Part shown: piece by piece, positions 57,741 to 64,000 of the stretch
Numbering within the stretch: position 1 is the first letter of the stretch
Layout of the letters: every line of letters starts with the position of its first letter
Assembly (NCBI RefSeq): GCF_009914755.1
Contig: NC_060933.1
DNA length: 64,000 bases
Strand: one strand, 5' to 3'
Source of the DNA: the human T2T-CHM13v2.0 reference genome, Homo sapiens
Notes under the pieces: model-generated
Told to the model about the DNA's origin: nothing
The model's input: only the letters and a program-made list of their open reading frames with translations
Databases searched by the model: none
Translations under genes and position numbers: made by a program

Positions 57741-60524
57741 GAGTCAGAAATGGCAAATCTACAGAAGCAACCTTAGACATTATTTTGAGGATATTGAAAG
57801 GCTTAATAGGAAAGAGTGCTATGATTGATTATTAATGCCTGTTTTGTTTGTGGAATAAGGAAGTAACAGCAGAAATACCACAAGTTACATACTTGAATCA
57901 TGCTATCTTTCAAGCCCATATCATGCCAACAAAATGTGGGGATAAGACGGGCAAAATGTGAAATATGTGCCATGTGGGATTAGGAGAGTGAAGTTGAGAT
58001 CTGATTCAATGCCATGTTTGCTTTAATTATGTTTTCCCTTTTTAACACAAAGAGCTTATTCTTTCTTAAATTAATATGTAATCTATTGATCTATCTGGAA
58101 TGCAACCTTTTTCCCCCTCATAGAACACAAAGAGGAAAAATAAAAATATCCTTCTTAAAATGAAACAATTACCCTACAAGAAAAATTCCTTAGAATTTTT
58201 TAAAGGTACAATTTAATTTGAATTAATAGTTTCCTAGTTCACTGAAAATAGAATCGGTACATCCTAGATAGGAAAGTGTACTTTCCTAGTCAAGGTTAAG
58301 GATTGCAGGCAGAAGAAAATGTGATGGAAAAGAGAACTCAACATGATCTTGTGTCATGAGGTTAGCTAACTTCTCATTACAGTTAAAGGCCTCTTAGTTA
58401 TAAACAGATGCATCATAGCCACCTGCTTTTAAAAATAGGAATTCTTAAGGCCAACTACATTCACACTCAGGTTACCATTATACATATAGCACAGGTCTAG
58501 GGACAGTACATGAGAAGCTCTAAGTTCAATGAAGTTAACATTTTTCTTCCGCTTCCGTAATTTTAGAATGTATTTAAAATACTTTAATCACAGGCCAGTT
58601 TTAAATAAAATGAAACAAATACTAGTCAATCAAACCGTGAGTCAGGCACAGAGCTAGTTATTGTGATACACATAGACTCATACACTCTTAATAGAATTTT
58701 ATTTCAGGGTAAATGAAGTTTAGTGATCATTTATTCCTGAGGGTGCCATAGATGGGATTATACTTTTGAACAAGATTCTTAATTATGATATACAGTGTTG
58801 TCAGTGTACACATGGTTTTAATGACATTACTCAGGAAATAAATAAATACAAAGCCAGGAGTTTGCTGTCAGCATAATGATAACTCTATCTGATCAGAGCC
58901 AAACATATGACTGATTCTATTTGTCTAGCTCTGTCAGACATGTAAGCTTCATTTCTCCAGGGGTGATTTGGTTGCTTGCAAAACTGTGAAGAGAGTCAAA
59001 AGAGAAACCTGGTAGTATAACATCAGAATTTCTCAGCCAACTGTGATTCTTTCAGGGAAAAGAATACTATCTGACTTATTTCTGTATATATCTTTTTTTT
59101 CTAGCACAGGACTGAGGAATAGGAGTTCAATAAATATTGACTAATAAACTATTCATTCTATAACTAATTCAGAATTCTTGTAATAACTTCATATTATATG
59201 AAGTGAGTTTCTCCTATACTTCCTTCAAACTTTGTCATTTCTAGGATTGCTTATCTGGTAAGGAGCAAATATTCCTATTAAATCCTGCAAAATCTATTTC
59301 TGAATGTTTGATACAATAAATTAAAAGTAAACAGGTTAGAGTGTCCATGGTTAGGAAAAAATAGGGATAATTTTACCGGTGAGTGTATATTGTGCATTAT
59401 AAACAGTTTCATGCAACCTTTAGAAAAAGAAAAAGAAATTCTCAGTAGAAAACATTTTTACCAAATTATGCAAATTTGGAGCTTTACTCTTACTGCTCTG
59501 ATACATTCCAATCCTCCGATACATTTCTAAATAACTGTATCCATGTTTAGATCTGGCTCTTTCCACTCAGGCATGAAAGAACCCCATATACTAAATGTAC
59601 TTCACCCAACTCTCAAACTTCTTCCCTAACTTCCTGTTACTCATGTCATACATATTTCATTTAGATAGTAGAAAGTAAACAGTGATTTTGTTTACATCCA
59701 TGAATGTATGATTAATGACGTAATTTTCCAGGGAGTACTTGTTCTTTTTCCACAGTTGTTGATTCAATCATGTATATGTCTAATTTCAGAGTTTTAGGAA
59801 TTGTAGTAAGTATTCTTCGGCATGGACCTATGGACATAATATACCTCTTTTTCCTATGAATTAATCTGGTATTAGTTCTCAACTGACCTCTTATTATGTG
59901 CTTATTCTTTCTATTCATTTTGTGAGAATATTTTTTAAAAAGACTTAATATAAATTTACTATGCACTGCATTAAAAATTAATAGTAAGTCATTCCCAGAG
60001 TCTACATACACACTTTAAATGTAACATCTTTTAGGAATGAATTTTCTGGAAAACATAGCCCTTATACAATATGTATATTTAAAATATCTTTTTGAAATTT
60101 GAGCACACCAATTATCCCCAGCAATAAATTTAATTTATAATTTATCCCTACTAAAAACAAACTTACTTAAAAATTAGAAAGATTAGAGGTTTAGAACTCT
60201 AGTCATGAAGTTAGTGTCTATTCTTACATTCTGAAATACCTTTATGCTGAATTGTACTGAAAGAGCTACTCCATACGCAATACGAAATACAAACATAGAG
60301 CTTTTATTCCTCTGAAGTACATGTCACCTTTGTTTCCCACCATTAAAAAAAATTATCTCTACAGATACTTTGTTCTTTTCTTCCCTTAGGTATATTTTGC
60401 TTCATCCTTTTCAAATGAATAATTGTCCATTATGTGCCTGCTGTGCAAAGACTCTGTATTAAGGTTGAGGAATATTCACAGGAGGACATATACCGTGTTC
60501 CATGATTCTTGGGCATGTGTGGAC

Positions 60525-60830
60525 CAGTGTATTTCAAACTGTAAGTTATACTTTGAACCATTTTAATAGGTTATGAAATCAATTTAAGGAATAATATCAG
60601 AATTTTTTATATCTCAAAATGAACTATAATTGGATAGAGCAGATCATACACACAAAGAAACAATATTTCATGCATACGACAAAAGAGCAATCATTGTTCA
60701 GTAAAGATTTTGATTTTGTATATTTGTATGTGTGTGTGTGTGTGTGAACGTGAGAGAGAGAGAGAAGTAGACTGCAGTGTTGAAACATTACTTACTCTGG
60801 ATCATAGTCAAAAAATTTTGAAAGCTACTT
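60525..60830 (-). mobile_element. MER113-like hAT-Charlie element with internal (TG)n(GA)n
   Basis: cagtgtatttcaaactg...gttatgaaatcaattta...cttactctggatcatagtcaaaaaattttgaaagctact. Confidence 0.65.
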
Positions 60831-61266
60831 TAATACAGGAAATGAGATCTCGTTGTAGCCTTCATAATGGTGAAATCTACTCCATCATTATAGGCAAAGT
60901 AGTACTTCCTTTTCATCATTTAATACAGTGAAAACTAGCTTTTCCCTCCTGTGGCTAAACACACTATAATACAATTTTTGGTAGTTTATGTGACCAATGT
61001 TTTATTCAGTTATTTTATGTTGATATTTTTAAGCATATGCTACTCCTAACAAAGTTTAAACAAAAAGAAGTGTACCACACTGCTCACTGCATAGATAAGA
61101 TCATAAAATAAGAATCTTTTAAATTACAACAGAGGCTGACCTCAATATGAGATTTAATATTTCACAAGATCAGCAAATTCACTTCCTTGCTACTTGGGCT
61201 ATTTGGCCAAGCAAGAGCAAAGACAGTCAAGTAAAATTTTCAAACTAAGTAGGTTTTAATAATATA

Positions 61267-61304
61267 TTAGTTTGGTGCAAAAGTAATTGCAGCTTTTGCA
61301 ATTA
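61267..61304 (+). mobile_element. Half MADE1 / solo Hsmar1 TIR
   Basis: ttagtttggtgcaaaagtaattgcagcttttgcaatta versus MADE1 TTAGGTTGGTGCAAAAGTAATTGCGGTTTTTGCCATTA. Confidence 0.8.
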
Positions 61305-62474
61305 TTTATACATACATTACCTTAATCCACAGCAATTATTCATGAGTCTCACCTAAGGATAAAGATCTTTACCATAAATTTTCTCTCAAGAAGTTTAATT
61401 TACTAAAAATACTATATTGCATATATATATATCAGGCACTAAGTGCAAATAAACTACACAAAGCAGTAAGATTTCCTTGGCAACCTCAAATAGCAAATAC
61501 ATTTTCCCCACCACTTACAGGTGGAATTTTCTATATTTTCTGCATTGGCTCTGAGGATAAACACCCACCTGCTTCTCTCTTCATCACTGGGTTTTCAAGT
61601 TTTTCCTAGGTTTTCCACACAGGTATTAAAATTCCTTCTATGGTTTGTCTTGGTATAACTTCTGTTTCTTATTTCTACAAGTACTTTCTTTCACCTTTTT
61701 TGGCTGCTTGAATTATGTTATTTTTTCTTTCCCCTGTCTGAGACAATCTGAGTCTTTTAGTCAGAGTTATTAAAGTCCCCATTGCTTTTTCTGTCTCAAA
61801 GATGGGTATATTCTTATACCACAGAATCCTCCAATATCTTCATTACTGCTTAATCCTTAAATTCCTAGTGTCTTTTAATTTTCTCTATTGTATCCCTTGA
61901 TTATATATCCCAAGAAATGACACTGATGATTATTTAATCATGTTTTGAACAGCAAAATTTTGTATAAGCAAGAAGTAGGACAAATGTCTCAGGAGGGTAC
62001 AGAGGTAATTTGACATATGAATAGCACATACACAGATCTGAGTAAATAGCAAGAACTTGCTCAGGACAGATGTGATTGTTAGCAGAATGCTCTGTCCTGC
62101 TGATAACATACTAAATGTGACTGCTTTGACATTGTGAAGGCAAACTGAGAACAGAATCTGCACCACTGCATAAAGTAGCCAAAGCTTGGAAGATATAGCT
62201 CGTAACACTTTGTTGAAATTTAACATGTGTTGAACAATCTCCTCTCAGATCTGACATAAGCAATTTTATAACCAGAGTGGGAGTCTCTCTTCCTGCAAGT
62301 AAATTTACCTGCGCTCTGTCACTATATATACCCTGCGACACCTTGTTTTCTGTGCAGTTGACCTGACTCTGCTCAGGTACATTCTCTAAAGCTAGCTGTG
62401 CTGCTTCCCATTTCAATCTCCCCTCTTACTTGTAATTATTGTGTAGTGTCCTTTACCTGCTAGTTTGGCACAGG

Positions 62475-62921
62475 TGTCATTAGGGGTTCAGTTGTATTCC
62501 CCAAAAAGATAGGTCCAAGTCCAAATCCTTGCTACCTTTGAGTGTGACCTTATTTGGAAACTGTGGGTCTTTGAAGATGTAATCAAATGAGGTCATACTG
62601 GAGTAGGGTGAAGTCCAAATCCAAAATGACTGGTGTCCTTATAAGAAGAAGAGAAAAAGACACAGACAAAGACGATGAACACTACGTGAAAATACGGATA
62701 GAAAATGGAGTGATGCACCTCAAAACAAGGAATGTCCACACCAGACGCTAAGAGTAAGGAATGGAACAGATTCTCCCCTAGAGCCTTCAGAGAGAGCCTG
62801 GTTCTGCTGACATCCTGATTTCAGACATCTAGCCTCCAGAACTGTGCAATAACAAATCTCTGTTGTTTTAAGTCACCGAGTTTGTGGTACTTTGTTACAG
62901 CAGCCCTAGGAAACAAATACC
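62475..62921 (+). mobile_element. MLT1C-like solo LTR
   Basis: gtgaccttatttggaaa...aatgactggtgtccttataagaag...ctagcctccagaactgtg...tttgttacagcagccctaggaaacaaatac. Confidence 0.9.
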
Positions 62922-64000
62922 GGTGTGGATTCACACAATATAAAAGTTTGATAATGAATTTGTATGCTCTTTCACTGATCTGTATGGTTCTGTAGTATGT
63001 GTGGGAAAGTTAGGATTAAGTGACTATCATTATCCCACAGGAACCAGGAATTTCTACCACTTTTACAGGTGTGTAGACAAGAAAGAGACAAGGAAACAGA
63101 CAGACCACTAGAGGACTGAATGGGGGAGAGCAAGAGAAAAAAGAAATACACACACACAGTAAAGAAAGAGAAATACAGTGATAACTGTGAACAAAGAAGC
63201 TGAGTTTCTCCCTTCTGCAGCTGATGGTTGGAAAGGTGACTGTAGTTTACTTTTTCTGAGACTTAGAAGCTTAAGAAATATATAGCTTATATCTGGAATA
63301 CTATACGGTCTTAATGAGAATCAACTCTAGGGTCAGAGAGAAGAGGTTACAAGCAGCAGCAGGCTCCAGAGAATCGCCAAGCCTTTGTCTTAATCTCTTT
63401 TCTAGTTACAAACTCAACTGTGGTTATGTACTGCATAAGTCAATGCCAGGGCATACACAAAAGAAAGACAACTTATCTGAGGGAGAGAATCTGTATCACT
63501 AGATTTTATTTGACAGTGTTTGTTATTATTTGTCTAGAAGAGTTACCCCTGGAACAATCTCCCTGATAGATTCAAATATCTATTTCATGATCTACAAAAT
63601 CTAAATTGACTCTATTCCAATCTAAAAATGACACTTTCTTCCCTTTCGTATCCATCTAAAAATGTCTTAGCCTCATTTTATAAGCCAAAGCCCAGTTGAC
63701 TGATTCCTCTTCAAGTACTGCCTAAGGTACAGATTTCCCACAAAGATTTAATTAAATAAGTTATACAAAAGAAAGAAATTAATCCATGAATATGTTAGGT
63801 CTATTTTCTTTTACATTTTAGCTTACATAAGTATATGCTCATTTTACCCTTTATATGTGATATTTCTCTCTCTCTTTTTATAATTCTTTATCTTTGATTT
63901 TTAATAAAAATACTTTTAGCTAAAAAATAATCTCATAACATTTTATGGTATTTTATTTGTATACGTATCAAAATGCAGACTTCAATTACCAATCCAGAAT

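Overview
This window is AT-rich, CpG-depleted primate genomic DNA, most likely human given a near-pristine AluY and an L1PA3. It is intergenic or deep-intronic and dominated by transposable elements. I find no host protein-coding exon, RNA gene or CRISPR array. Almost every ORF in the track derives from L1, Alu, LTR or simple-repeat sequence. The main element is a full-length L1PA3-type LINE-1 (49525-55657) with an intact 338-aa ORF1 and a dead ORF2 (2 frameshifts, 3 stops). It carries a 90-bp 3' transduction with a second poly(A) inside a shared target-site duplication (TSD), and it splits an MLT1J LTR. The window also holds several atypical L1 insertions. (i) A poly(A)-less ORF2 fragment, truncated at both ends, with an 8-bp direct repeat, sits inside LTR33 and has a colinear satellite fragment plus a fold-back/tandem-duplication scar. 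(ii) An old 5'-complete, ORF1-only L1MA is flanked by a degenerate TSD and contains two divergently oriented THE1 LTRs. (iii) An L1MA on the minus strand keeps both termini but lacks ORF1 and the RT core. Subfamily names come from recalled consensus sequences and need RepeatMasker/Dfam confirmation. Boundaries of old MIR/L2/MER elements are approximate. I found no convincing wholly new biological system; the best leads are retrotransposition-mechanism oddities and a candidate enhancer at about 37.1-37.9 kb.
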